In this document: one piece after another, positions 24,934 through 32,972 of the stretch | Numbering within the stretch: the stretch's first letter is position 1 | Layout of the letters: every line of letters starts with the position of its first letter | Origin: Chthoniobacteraceae bacterium | GTDB lineage: Bacteria > Verrucomicrobiota > Verrucomicrobiia > Chthoniobacterales > Chthoniobacteraceae | Assembly (NCBI GenBank): GCA_040081625.1 | Contig: JBEBGD010000062.1 | Span: forward strand, 1 to 32,972 | DNA length: 32,972 nucleotides | Direction of reading: 5' to 3' | Program-made: the position numbers and the translations under genes | The notes under the pieces: model-generated | What the model was told of the DNA's origin: nothing | What the model saw: the letters and a program-made list of their open reading frames with translations, nothing else | Database searches by the model: none

Positions 24934-25015
24934 GTCCACAGATTGCACCGATTTTCACAGAGAAGCTGAATTGATTGCCGGGACGAATCTGTGTCCATCC
25001 CTGAAATCTGTGGAC
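24934..25015. repeat. Degenerate REP-like palindrome with ~9-nt periodic arms (CACAGATT)
   Basis: Perfect outer arms gtccacagatt (24934-24944) / aatctgtggac (25005-25015), with decayed inner units caccgatt, cacaga and aatctgtg. Confidence 0.75.
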
Positions 25016-25030
25016 GATTTCAACAGTCTC

Positions 25031-25471
25031 CTACGAGAGGACCGGCCCGGCGCCGGGGTCCATGTCGATGCCGATCTCCCGCACGCCCTTGAGTTGCCGG
25101 CAGCGCTCGACGTGTTCGCGGAGCTTGTCGCGCAGGTTTAGCCCGGAGGGGATGTAGCCGAGCTCGAGGTTCTCGGTCGTGATGTCGGTCGCGAGCAGTT
25201 GAATGTTTTGCAGCCCGAAAAGCCGGAGCCAGAGCGGCTCGGAGACCTGGAGGTCGCGCACGCGGTAGAGCTCGAGCGTGTCGTGGGATTTGTTCAGCAC
25301 GCCGCTCTCGATGAGCAGGCGCTCGGTCGTGAGGGTATAGACGCGGCACTTCACTTTCAGCCACGCCCAGATCGCCCACGGGATGGGGATGACGAGAAGG
25401 CAGGCGACGAACCACCAGAAGTTTTTCACCTGCGAGGAGGTGCCTTTCCAAATGACGGTCTCGGTGCTCAT
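25031..25471 (-). CDS. Bacterial PH-domain (bPH_2-like) membrane protein
   Basis: N-terminal TM segment followed by YTLTTERLLIESGVLNKSHDTLELYRVRDLQV. ATGA-coupled to the upstream gene. Confidence 0.85.
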   Translation of the reverse strand: MSTETVIWKGTSSQVKNFWWFVACLLVIPIPWAIWAWLKVKCRVYTLTTERLLIESGVLNKSHDTLELYRVRDLQVSEPLWLRLFGLQNIQLLATDITTENLELGYIPSGLNLRDKLREHVERCRQLKGVREIGIDMDPGAGPVLS

Positions 25472-26460
25472 GGGCGCGAGTGTGACGGAGTTTTCGTCCG
25501 CAGCAATCCTGCGACGCGGGTGAAATGCTCCGGGCCGAACCCCATCGCCCGCTTGAGCTGGTAGTCGCGCTCGATGACGTTGCCGATCATGCGGCAGCGC
25601 TGCCAGTCGGTATCGGAAATGAAGCGCCGCAGCCGCGCCCACGCGCCATTCACCGGCACGGGAAAATCGCTGCCGTGCATGAGCCGCTCCGCGATGAGCC
25701 CGCGCGTGGCGATGCCGGCGTGCCGTCCGCGCATCGGCACGTTCCACGCGCTCGTGTCGCCGTGGAGATTCGGCCAGCGCTCGAGCATCTCCGCCCACAC
25801 GTGGAAATACTCCGGGTCACCGAGCCCGCTTTTCGTCGCCGCGTGCGCGGCGATGACGGTGACTCCGCACTCGAGCGGCAGCGTCATCGTGCGCGGGTCG
25901 GCATACGCGGGATTGACCACCTGCACGGTGTGCTCGCCGCCGGTGTGCGCGAGCAGCGGCAGGCGCGCGGCGGCCATGCGTTCCCAAAACGGTCGGTAGC
26001 GCGCGTCGTTGCAATTCACGTCGTGGCAGTTCGGCAGCAGCTTGAGCATGACCGCGCCGGCAGCGAGGCAGCGGTCGAGTTCGTCGAGCGCGTCGGGCCG
26101 CGCGGGGTGGATGCTCACGACGGGCAGAAACTCCGCGTGCTCGCGTGCGAGCCGCAGCACGTAGTCGTTCGGCACGTAAAAGGTGCCGAGGTCCGGGCGC
26201 TTTCTGCCGTCGGCGGAATAGACTTCGTCCTGCGCAAAGATGCAGGCCGTGCCGATCGACGACTCGCGCACGAGCCGGAGCAAGTGCGCGACGAAGCGTT
26301 CGTCGAAGTCTCCCGCATCGAGCGCCGTGTCCGTCAGCCCGATGTGCCGCAGCATGAAAGCCGTGAGCGGCTTCTGCCACCACGTGCCGCCGATGCGCAG
26401 CCAGCAGCCCGAGCCGCGCCGGCCATTGCCGACGACGTGGACGTGGCAATCGATCGGCAT
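25468..26460 (-). CDS. Amidohydrolase family protein (Amidohydro_2)
   Basis: IDCHVH metal motif, SIHP, LAHTGGE, VIAAH and HGSDFP. Confidence 0.9.
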   Translation of the reverse strand: MPIDCHVHVVGNGRRGSGCWLRIGGTWWQKPLTAFMLRHIGLTDTALDAGDFDERFVAHLLRLVRESSIGTACIFAQDEVYSADGRKRPDLGTFYVPNDYVLRLAREHAEFLPVVSIHPARPDALDELDRCLAAGAVMLKLLPNCHDVNCNDARYRPFWERMAAARLPLLAHTGGEHTVQVVNPAYADPRTMTLPLECGVTVIAAHAATKSGLGDPEYFHVWAEMLERWPNLHGDTSAWNVPMRGRHAGIATRGLIAERLMHGSDFPVPVNGAWARLRRFISDTDWQRCRMIGNVIERDYQLKRAMGFGPEHFTRVAGLLRTKTPSHSRP

Positions 26461-26463
26461 CTC

Positions 26464-26583
26464 AACCACGGATCGCACGGAAGGAACGACCACGGATTAC
26501 ACGGATTACACGGATAAACGCTTCTGCTGCGCCGCAACAGCCGCGCCCGTTCCCCATCCGTGTTATCCGTGTAATCCGTGGTT
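26464..26583. repeat. REP-like palindrome with 9-nt periodic arms (CACGGATTA)
   Basis: accacggattacacggattacacggat (26489-26515) / atccgtgttatccgtgtaatccgtggt (26556-26582), 26/27 complementary, plus an extra partial arm at 26464-26481. Confidence 0.9.
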
Positions 26584-26605
26584 CAAACATCCGCGCCATC
26601 AGTGG

Positions 26606-27655
26606 TCACGCGACCGTCTCGCGCAGGCGCCGCGCTACATCGAGGAAAGCGGTCGCCACCGCGGACTTCGGCTCCGCGAGCGAGATCGGGCAGCCGCGGT
26701 CGCCCGCTTCGCGTGTCGGGATGTCGATCGGGATCTGGCCGAGCAGCGGCACGTTGAGCCGCTGCGCTTCGCGCTCGCCGCCGCCATTTCCAAAGATGTC
26801 GTAACGCTGCCCATCGCTCGGGCAGACGAAGTAGCTCATGTTCTCGACGAGTCCGAGCACGGGCACGTTGACCTTTGTGAACATCGCCGACGCCTTGCGC
26901 GCATCGATGAGCGCGACTTCCTGCGGCGTGGTGACGATGAGCGCGCCGGAGAGCGCGACGGTCTGCACGATGGTGAGTTGGATGTCGCCGGTGCCCGGCG
27001 GCAGATCGAGGATGAGGTAGTCGAGTTCGCCCCACTCGACCTGTCGGAGGAATTGCTGCGTGTATTTGGTGACCATCGGCCCGCGCAGGATCGCCGGCGA
27101 CGCGTCGTCGAGCAGGAAACCCATGCTCATGAGCTTCAAGCCGTAGCGCTCGATCGGGATGATGCGGTTCTCCTCCGTCGCCATCGGGCGCTCGGTGGTG
27201 CCGAACATCAGCGCGATGCTCGGCCCGTAGAGATCGCAATCGCACAGCCCCACTTCCGCGCCGAGTTCGTGCAAGGCGATCGCGAGATTCGCGGCGACCG
27301 TCGATTTGCCGACGCCGCCCTTTCCGCTGGCGACGGCGATGACGTGCTTCACTCCCGCGATCTGCGTCTGCGCCGCCGCAGCCGCGCCGGTCGTGGCTTG
27401 GGCCGGCGCGTGAATGTCGATCTTCACATTGATCTTCCCGATGCCCGGCACGGCGGCGAGCGCCTGCTCGCTCTCGGCCTTGATCTGCTGCGGCACCTTC
27501 GGGTCGGCGGTCGTGAGCGCGAGTTGCAAAGTCACGTCCGCGCCATCGATCAGCACGGCTTTGACGAGGCCGAACGAGACGATGTCGCGGCTGAAGCCGG
27601 GATACTTCACGCTCTGGAGCGCGGTGCGGATTTGGTCTTCGGTCAATTCGGACAT
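26606..27655 (-). CDS. mrp: Mrp/NBP35 (ApbC) Fe-S cluster carrier ATPase
   Basis: N-terminal DUF59-like domain, VASGKGGVGKST, DLPPGTGD, VTTPQEVALID and ENMSYFVCP. Confidence 0.95.
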   Translation of the reverse strand: MSELTEDQIRTALQSVKYPGFSRDIVSFGLVKAVLIDGADVTLQLALTTADPKVPQQIKAESEQALAAVPGIGKINVKIDIHAPAQATTGAAAAAQTQIAGVKHVIAVASGKGGVGKSTVAANLAIALHELGAEVGLCDCDLYGPSIALMFGTTERPMATEENRIIPIERYGLKLMSMGFLLDDASPAILRGPMVTKYTQQFLRQVEWGELDYLILDLPPGTGDIQLTIVQTVALSGALIVTTPQEVALIDARKASAMFTKVNVPVLGLVENMSYFVCPSDGQRYDIFGNGGGEREAQRLNVPLLGQIPIDIPTREAGDRGCPISLAEPKSAVATAFLDVARRLRETVA

Positions 27656-27697
27656 AAAGCGGGCCGGCTCTGTAACGGCGCGCGCCGCCGCCCGCAA

Positions 27698-28468
27698 CTA
27701 CTCGCGCGCCTTCGCTTCGCCGGTGCGGAAAAGCAAATCGACGACGTTGCGGACGAATTGCTCGTCGGGCATCGCCTCGAGCAGCTCGGGCGGGAATTGC
27801 GCGAGTGACTTGAAGTGCGCGGCCATCTCCGCAAACAGCTCGACGCGCGCTCCTGGCTCGAACTCCTCGCGCCGCACGAGCGCCTGGAGCGCGAGCCGCG
27901 CCTGCGCGGGCGAGGTGCGCTGGCGCAGGCGCCCGCAGAGATGCGGGTGCGCACGCAGGCTGTTGAACTTCGTGCCGAGGAGTTGCTCGAGGTCCGGCTC
28001 GCGCGTCTTGCGGTGATGCACCACGATCGTGCCCGCGGCGAGATCGCCGAGGCGCTGGGCCTTGCGCGAGAGCAGGCACGACACGCCGCCGACGAGGTAA
28101 AAGCCCGGCAGCAGATCGGCGAAGCGGATGAGATTGCGCATGAGCACCTGGTGAAACTGCAGGCGCAGCCCGTCGGCATCCATCACGCGAAGGCGCAGCA
28201 GTTTTTTCCCGAGCGTCTGCCCGCGGCAGAGCCACTCGAAGGCGATACCGTAGGCGACCGGCACGACGAAGAACACGATGGCCATCGACGCCTGCGCGAG
28301 GTCCGGCGAGATCATCCCGGCGAAGCCGAGCACCATCGAGATCACCGAGCAGAGCGTGAGGATGGCGAGCATGTCGATGCCCCACGCAAGGCAGCGCGTG
28401 ACTGGTCCCGCCAGCGGGTAGGCGAAAGTGATGCCCTCGGGCGTGCGGATGCGCAGCTCGCCGTTCAT
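27698..28468 (-). CDS. RDD family membrane protein
   Basis: IRTPEGI...RCLAWGID, GQTLGKKLLRLRV, RNLIRFAD and QRLGDLAAGTIVV. ATGA-coupled to the upstream gene. Confidence 0.92.
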   Translation of the reverse strand: MNGELRIRTPEGITFAYPLAGPVTRCLAWGIDMLAILTLCSVISMVLGFAGMISPDLAQASMAIVFFVVPVAYGIAFEWLCRGQTLGKKLLRLRVMDADGLRLQFHQVLMRNLIRFADLLPGFYLVGGVSCLLSRKAQRLGDLAAGTIVVHHRKTREPDLEQLLGTKFNSLRAHPHLCGRLRQRTSPAQARLALQALVRREEFEPGARVELFAEMAAHFKSLAQFPPELLEAMPDEQFVRNVVDLLFRTGEAKARE

Positions 28469-29475
28469 CGCGTCGCTCCCATCTTTCGCCACCACGCGGA
28501 ACTCAGGAATGCCGCGAGCAGCACCGTCTCCGCGATGCCAAACGCGATCTTCAGCGAGTAGGGAATGCGCGGCTGGTGATGCTGCGAAAAGTAGCTCTCG
28601 ACGATCCCCGCCCACACGAGCAGCACCGCCACGCCGCCGACGAGCGTCGCCACATCGCGCGCGACCGCGCGCAGCCGCGCGGCGAGCGGCGAGCGATCGC
28701 CGCGCCCGATGAGCGCGCGCGCGAGGACGAAGCCCGCCTGGCCCGCGATGATGATGGCCGGAATCTCGAACGAGCCGTGCGGCAGCAGCCAGCCAACGAG
28801 AAACGCCGTCTGCCCCGCGGCGATGAAGTCGGCGCCGACGAGGCCGAGGATCACGCCGTTGTAGAAGAGCATGAGCACGGTGCCGATGCCCCAGGTCATG
28901 CCGAGCGCGAGCGTCTTGATCGATACGCCGATGTTGTTCGCCATGAGTTGCGCGGCGAAGGTCGCGTGCGCGCCGCTCGTCGGGTTGACGGCTTCGGCTT
29001 CCTCCTCCGCCACGCGCTGAGCCGGGTCCTTCAGGACGTGGGCGAACTGCGCGGGCACGATCGCCGCCTTCGCCTCGTCGTCGAGCAGCAGCGCGAAGGC
29101 GCCGAACGCCGTGCCGAGCAGCGTGACAAGCATCGACATCCAGAATGCGCCGACCTGTCTGCGAAAGACCGTCGGGAACTCGATCAGCAGCCATCGCAGC
29201 GGATGCCAGCGCACGCCGCGCTCGCGCGTCTCGTGGATGTCCGCGTAGGCGCGGGCAACGAGCGACTCGAGGTAACGCAGCAGCTCCGGCTCCGACGCAA
29301 AGGTCGCCACGCGTCCGAGATCGGCGGAGGTCTTCTGGTAGAGAAAATGGAAGCGCCGCGCCTCCTCGAGCGTGAGGCGGCGGCCGGGGTTCAGCGCGAG
29401 ATCGTCGAGTATCGCCTCCAGCTCCGTCCACGCCGGGCGCTCGGCGGCGATGAAGCGTGGAAGGTCGATGATCAT
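28465..29475 (-). CDS. Stage II sporulation protein M (DUF95)-like membrane protein
   Basis: LYQKTSADL, LMANNIGVS, FYNGVILG, LLPHGSFEIPAIIIAG and AGIVESYFS. Confidence 0.9.
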   Translation of the reverse strand: MIIDLPRFIAAERPAWTELEAILDDLALNPGRRLTLEEARRFHFLYQKTSADLGRVATFASEPELLRYLESLVARAYADIHETRERGVRWHPLRWLLIEFPTVFRRQVGAFWMSMLVTLLGTAFGAFALLLDDEAKAAIVPAQFAHVLKDPAQRVAEEEAEAVNPTSGAHATFAAQLMANNIGVSIKTLALGMTWGIGTVLMLFYNGVILGLVGADFIAAGQTAFLVGWLLPHGSFEIPAIIIAGQAGFVLARALIGRGDRSPLAARLRAVARDVATLVGGVAVLLVWAGIVESYFSQHHQPRIPYSLKIAFGIAETVLLAAFLSSAWWRKMGATR

Positions 29476-29557
29476 GCCGGCAACATGTGCGGAGCGCGCG
29501 GCAGGGGACAAGGCGGGAGTTTCCAACCGCGCACGGGTGCGGTAGTGCATCGGCGCC

Positions 29558-30961
29558 ATGCGCCCCTTCCTCCTCCTCTTCCTCTTCGTCATCGTCGCCC
29601 GCGCTGCCGAGCGTCCGCCGAATCTCATCTTCATCCTCGCCGACGATCTCGGCTACGGGCAGCTCGGCAGTTTCGGCGCGAAGAAGATCGCGACGCCGAA
29701 CCTCGATCGCCTCGCGGCGGAGGGGATGAAGTTCACGCAGTTCTATGCCGGCTCGACCGTGTGCGCGCCGAGCCGGAGCGTGCTGATGACCGGGCTGCAC
29801 ACCGGCCACACGCGTGTGCGAGGCAACGCGGGCAAGCAGAACCGCACGCCGCAGAATCTGCGCGCCGAGGACGTGACGGTCGCTGAGGTCTTGAAGAAAG
29901 CCGGCTATGCCACGGCGCTCATCGGCAAGTGGGGCATCGGGCATGAGGGGAGCGACGGGCTGCCGAACAAGAAGGGCTTCGATTATTTCTACGGCTACCT
30001 CGACCAGCACCACGCGCACAATCCGTATCCGGAGTTCATCGTGCGCAACGCTTCGCACGTGCCGCTGCGCAACAAAACGATCCCCGGCAGCGGCGGCGCG
30101 GGCGAGGCCGAGGGCGCGGGAATCGCGGAGAAGCCGCTCGATTTCGTGCCGGACCTCATGACCGGCGAGGCACTCGCGTGGGTCGAGCAGCAGAAGGCGA
30201 AACCGTTCTTTCTCTACTGGTCGCTCATCTGCCCGCACGCGAACAACGAAGGCACCAAGCACGGTCGCGGGCAGGAGATCCCGGACCTCGGCCCATACGC
30301 TGAGAAGGACTGGCCGCTGCCGGAGAAGCAGCTCGCGGCGACGATCACGCGGCTCGACGCGGATGTCGGCAGTCTCCTCGCGCTGCTGAAAAAGCTCGGG
30401 CTCGACGAGAACACGCTCGTGATGTTTTCCAGCGACAACGGACCGCACAAGGAAGGCGGGAACGATCCGGAGTTCTTCGACGCGAATGGCCCGCTCGCGG
30501 GGCTCAAGCGCAGCCTCACCGATGGCGGCATCCGCGTGCCGACGGTCGCGCGCTGGCCGGGGCGCGTCGCGGCGGGGATGGAGATCAAGACGCCGCTTTG
30601 GTTCGCGGACATCCTGCCGACGTTCGCGGAACTCGCGGGCGCACCGATCCCCGCAAAGCTTGACGGCGTCAGCTTCGCCGCGGCGCTGCGCGGGAAGAGC
30701 GACGCGTGGCCGAAAGCGCGCACGCTCTATTGGGAATTTCACGAGAACGGATTCAGCCAGGCTGTGCTGATGGACGGACGCTGGAAGGCGATCCGGCTCA
30801 AGCGCCCCGACGCGCCGATCGCGCTCTACGATCTCGCGGGCGACATCGGAGAGTCGAAGGACCTCGCCGCCGGGAAGCCCGATCTCGTCGAGCGTGCGCG
30901 CGCGCTTTTCACCAGCGAGCGCACGGAGTCGGAAGACTGGCCGATCAAGCCGGGGCGGTGA
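29558..30961 (+). CDS. Secreted sulfatase (arylsulfatase, Cys-type)
   Basis: Signal peptide, PNLIFILADDLGYG, formylglycine motif CAPSRSVLMTG, GYATALIGKWG and FSSDNG. Confidence 0.95.
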   Translation: MRPFLLLFLFVIVARAAERPPNLIFILADDLGYGQLGSFGAKKIATPNLDRLAAEGMKFTQFYAGSTVCAPSRSVLMTGLHTGHTRVRGNAGKQNRTPQNLRAEDVTVAEVLKKAGYATALIGKWGIGHEGSDGLPNKKGFDYFYGYLDQHHAHNPYPEFIVRNASHVPLRNKTIPGSGGAGEAEGAGIAEKPLDFVPDLMTGEALAWVEQQKAKPFFLYWSLICPHANNEGTKHGRGQEIPDLGPYAEKDWPLPEKQLAATITRLDADVGSLLALLKKLGLDENTLVMFSSDNGPHKEGGNDPEFFDANGPLAGLKRSLTDGGIRVPTVARWPGRVAAGMEIKTPLWFADILPTFAELAGAPIPAKLDGVSFAAALRGKSDAWPKARTLYWEFHENGFSQAVLMDGRWKAIRLKRPDAPIALYDLAGDIGESKDLAAGKPDLVERARALFTSERTESEDWPIKPGR

Positions 30962-30981
30962 GTGGGAGCTGTCTGGTTAAT

Positions 30982-31091
30982 CCGTCGCGGAGCGGCGAAT
31001 GATCAGCCGTCGCGCCGCGACGAATCCGAACCCTGATCGGTCTCCCGGCACTGAAGTGCCGGGCTATTTTCATGGCGTCGCTCCGCGACGG
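30982..31091. repeat. Multi-hairpin REP/REPIN-like element between convergent genes
   Basis: Outer arms ccgtcgcggagcggcg (30982-30997) / cgtcgctccgcgacgg (31076-31091); inner hairpins cgtcgcgccgcgacg (31008-31022) and cccggcactgaagtgccggg (31044-31063). Confidence 0.75.
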
Positions 31092-31119
31092 CGTTTCCGG
31101 CGGAAGCGTCGGATTGGTT

Positions 31120-32499
31120 CTAAGCCTTCGGCGTGAGCTTCGGGCCGTCCTTGGTGTCTTTCACGATCCAGCCGGCGGCGGCGATCGCGTCGCGCAGGCG
31201 GTCGCTCTCGGTCCAGTCCTTCGCTGCGCGCGCGGACTGGCGCTGCTCGACCAGCGCGTGGACTTCGGCGGGGATGCTCACGGCTTCGCGTTCGATGGCG
31301 AGGACGCTGTTGATGCGCTGCCAGCCGGCGAGGAGCGCGGCTGCTTGCCCGGGCGACAAGTCGCCGCGGTCGAGTGCGGCGTTGCTTTCGCGGACGAGAT
31401 CGAAGAGCTGGCCCATCGCGCCGGAGATGTTCAGGTCGTCGTCGAGGCACGCGAAGAACTTCTCGACTCGATCGTCTGCGGCGGATGCGCCGCTGGCGTG
31501 CCCGGCGAGTCGCGCGGTCCATTCGTCGATGCGCTGGAGCGCGCTGCGGGCGGCGGCGAGGCCGTCGAAGGTGAAGTTGAGCGGGAGGCGGTAGTTGACC
31601 GTGAGCAGGACGTAGCGGACTTCGCGACCGGTCCAGCCTTTGGCGATGAGGTCGCGCAGGGTGAAGAAATTGCCGGCGCTCTTGGCCATCTTCTCGCCCT
31701 CGACCATGAGGTGCGCGTTGTGCAGCCACGTGCGGACGAACTTCTTCCCCGTGCAGCATTCGCTCTGCGCGATCTCGGCTTCGTGGTGCGGGAAGATGTT
31801 ATCCACGCCGCCGCAGTGGATGTCCAATTCGTCGCCGAGTAACGCGATGGCCATGGCGCTGCACTCGATGTGCCAGCCGGGGCGGCCGGGGCCCCAGGGG
31901 CTGTCCCAGCGCACGTCGCCGTCGGCTTCGTCCCACGCTTTCCAGAGCGCGAAGTCGCCGACGCTTTCCTTTTCGTATTCGTCGCTGCTCACGCGTCCGC
32001 TTGGGCGCAGTTCGTCGAGGTTGAGGTGCGCGAGTTTTCCGTAAGCGAGAAATTTGCTCAGCCGGAAATAGACGGACTTGTCGTCGGCTTGATACGCGAT
32101 GCCTTTCGCCTCGAGGTCGCGGATCATCTCGATCATCTGCGGCACGTAATCGGTCGCGGCGGGGAAGTGCTGCGCCCGCTTGATGCGCAGGATGTCGAGG
32201 TCCTCGAAGAAGGCCTGCTTGTAGATGGCGGTGAAGTCGTGGAGTCGCTGGCCGCTCGCGATCGAGTTGCGGATCGTCTTGTCGTCCACGTCGGTGAGAT
32301 TCATCACGCGCAGCACGTCGAAGCCGCGCGCTTCGAGATGCCGCTGGAGCAGGTCCTCGAAGACGTAGGCGCGGAAGTTTCCGATGTGCGCGAAGTTATA
32401 GACCGTCGGCCCGCACGTGTAGAGGCGGACGAGCGGCGGGGAGAGCGGCGCGAAGTCTTCGAGCTGGCGCGTGTAGGTGTCGGTGAAGCGGATGGGCAT
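31120..32499 (-). CDS. cysS: Cysteine--tRNA ligase
   Basis: YTCGPTVYNFAHIGNFR, GRPGWHIECSAM, DIHCGGVDNIFPHHE and KMAKS. Start MPIRF at 32499. Confidence 0.98.
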   Translation of the reverse strand: MPIRFTDTYTRQLEDFAPLSPPLVRLYTCGPTVYNFAHIGNFRAYVFEDLLQRHLEARGFDVLRVMNLTDVDDKTIRNSIASGQRLHDFTAIYKQAFFEDLDILRIKRAQHFPAATDYVPQMIEMIRDLEAKGIAYQADDKSVYFRLSKFLAYGKLAHLNLDELRPSGRVSSDEYEKESVGDFALWKAWDEADGDVRWDSPWGPGRPGWHIECSAMAIALLGDELDIHCGGVDNIFPHHEAEIAQSECCTGKKFVRTWLHNAHLMVEGEKMAKSAGNFFTLRDLIAKGWTGREVRYVLLTVNYRLPLNFTFDGLAAARSALQRIDEWTARLAGHASGASAADDRVEKFFACLDDDLNISGAMGQLFDLVRESNAALDRGDLSPGQAAALLAGWQRINSVLAIEREAVSIPAEVHALVEQRQSARAAKDWTESDRLRDAIAAAGWIVKDTKDGPKLTPKA

Positions 32500-32557
32500 C
32501 GGGCGCGGCGGAGCGCTGTGAGTTAGGCGGGCGCGCGCCGCGTGCAATCGAGAAAGC

Positions 32558-32971
32558 TCAGGGCTTCTTCGCCGGCTTCGGCAGCAGGCGCGCCTCGGCT
32601 TCGGCGGCGGCGTCGGGTTCGGTGTCGCGCCACTCGCGGAGCACGTCGCCGATGGCGATGGTGCGGGAGACGGTGTCCTTGATTCGCATCGCGGTCTTGA
32701 GCGCCCTCTCCGGGCTCTCGTCGAAAAGCGCCTCGATCGCGCCACCAAGCGCGGCGTCGGCGGCGGCGGGATCGGTGAGCGATGCGATCCAGCGCTCGGC
32801 GACTTCGGGCTCGGCGTCGGTGAGCGCGGTGCTGAAATCGCGGAAGGAGAGCATGCGCGCGTCGTCGGAGGTGAAGGTCTGCGCGGCGAACCAGCGGATC
32901 GCTTCGTCGGGGGCGGTGCCGGTCCAGAGCTGGCCGACGACGGTGAGGGCGTCGTCGCGCGCGGTGGTGGG
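32558..32971 (-). CDS. Hypothetical helical-repeat protein (5' part outside the window)
   Basis: Frame is open from the window edge (PTTARDDALTVVGQLWTGTAPDEAIRWF...). Repeated W...P..A..W helical units. Confidence 0.7.
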   Translation of the reverse strand, partial: PTTARDDALTVVGQLWTGTAPDEAIRWFAAQTFTSDDARMLSFRDFSTALTDAEPEVAERWIASLTDPAAADAALGGAIEALFDESPERALKTAMRIKDTVSRTIAIGDVLREWRDTEPDAAAEAEARLLPKPAKKP

Positions 32972-32972
32972 C

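Noticed and set aside
26464..26583. CRISPR array
   Set aside because: Units are 9-nt tandem repeats in inverted arrangement with no unique spacers, and there are no cas genes.
27698..30742. 1014-aa ORF suggesting a large RDD fusion
   Set aside because: Only the last ~256 aa are RDD. The rest overlaps spoIIM in another frame and the sulfatase on the opposite strand.

Overview
High-GC bacterial chromosome segment, most likely Verrucomicrobiota (inferred from the PVC-type RpoB/RpoC sequences and gene content). The left half (1-14935, minus strand) is a long operon, with many genes translationally coupled, that looks like an uncharacterised biosynthesis/export cluster. In order it encodes an Fe-ADH, a PQQ-type beta-propeller, a HemN-like radical SAM enzyme, a chorismate-lyase-like protein, a flavin-dependent halogenase-like enzyme, a second beta-propeller, a GT4, a thioesterase, a membrane protein, a PaaK-like CoA ligase and an ABC exporter. 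Two insertions interrupt it. The first is a four-helix-bundle (23S-IVP/Avd-like) gene bracketed by a 32-bp inverted repeat; the same repeat recurs as two ORF-less palindromes, one of them in frame inside the halogenase-like CDS. The second is a ~1.3-kb patch with an RHH gene and a broken phage-type glycosyltransferase. The centre holds rpoB-rpoC without the usual flanking ribosomal protein genes. The right part holds a cNMP-domain histidine kinase, a PH-domain protein, an amidohydrolase, Mrp/ApbC, RDD, SpoIIM-like protein, a sulfatase, cysS and a partial ORF. Several further REP-like palindromes, most built from short periodic units, lie in intergenic gaps. All family assignments come from motif recognition by eye; no database search was run.
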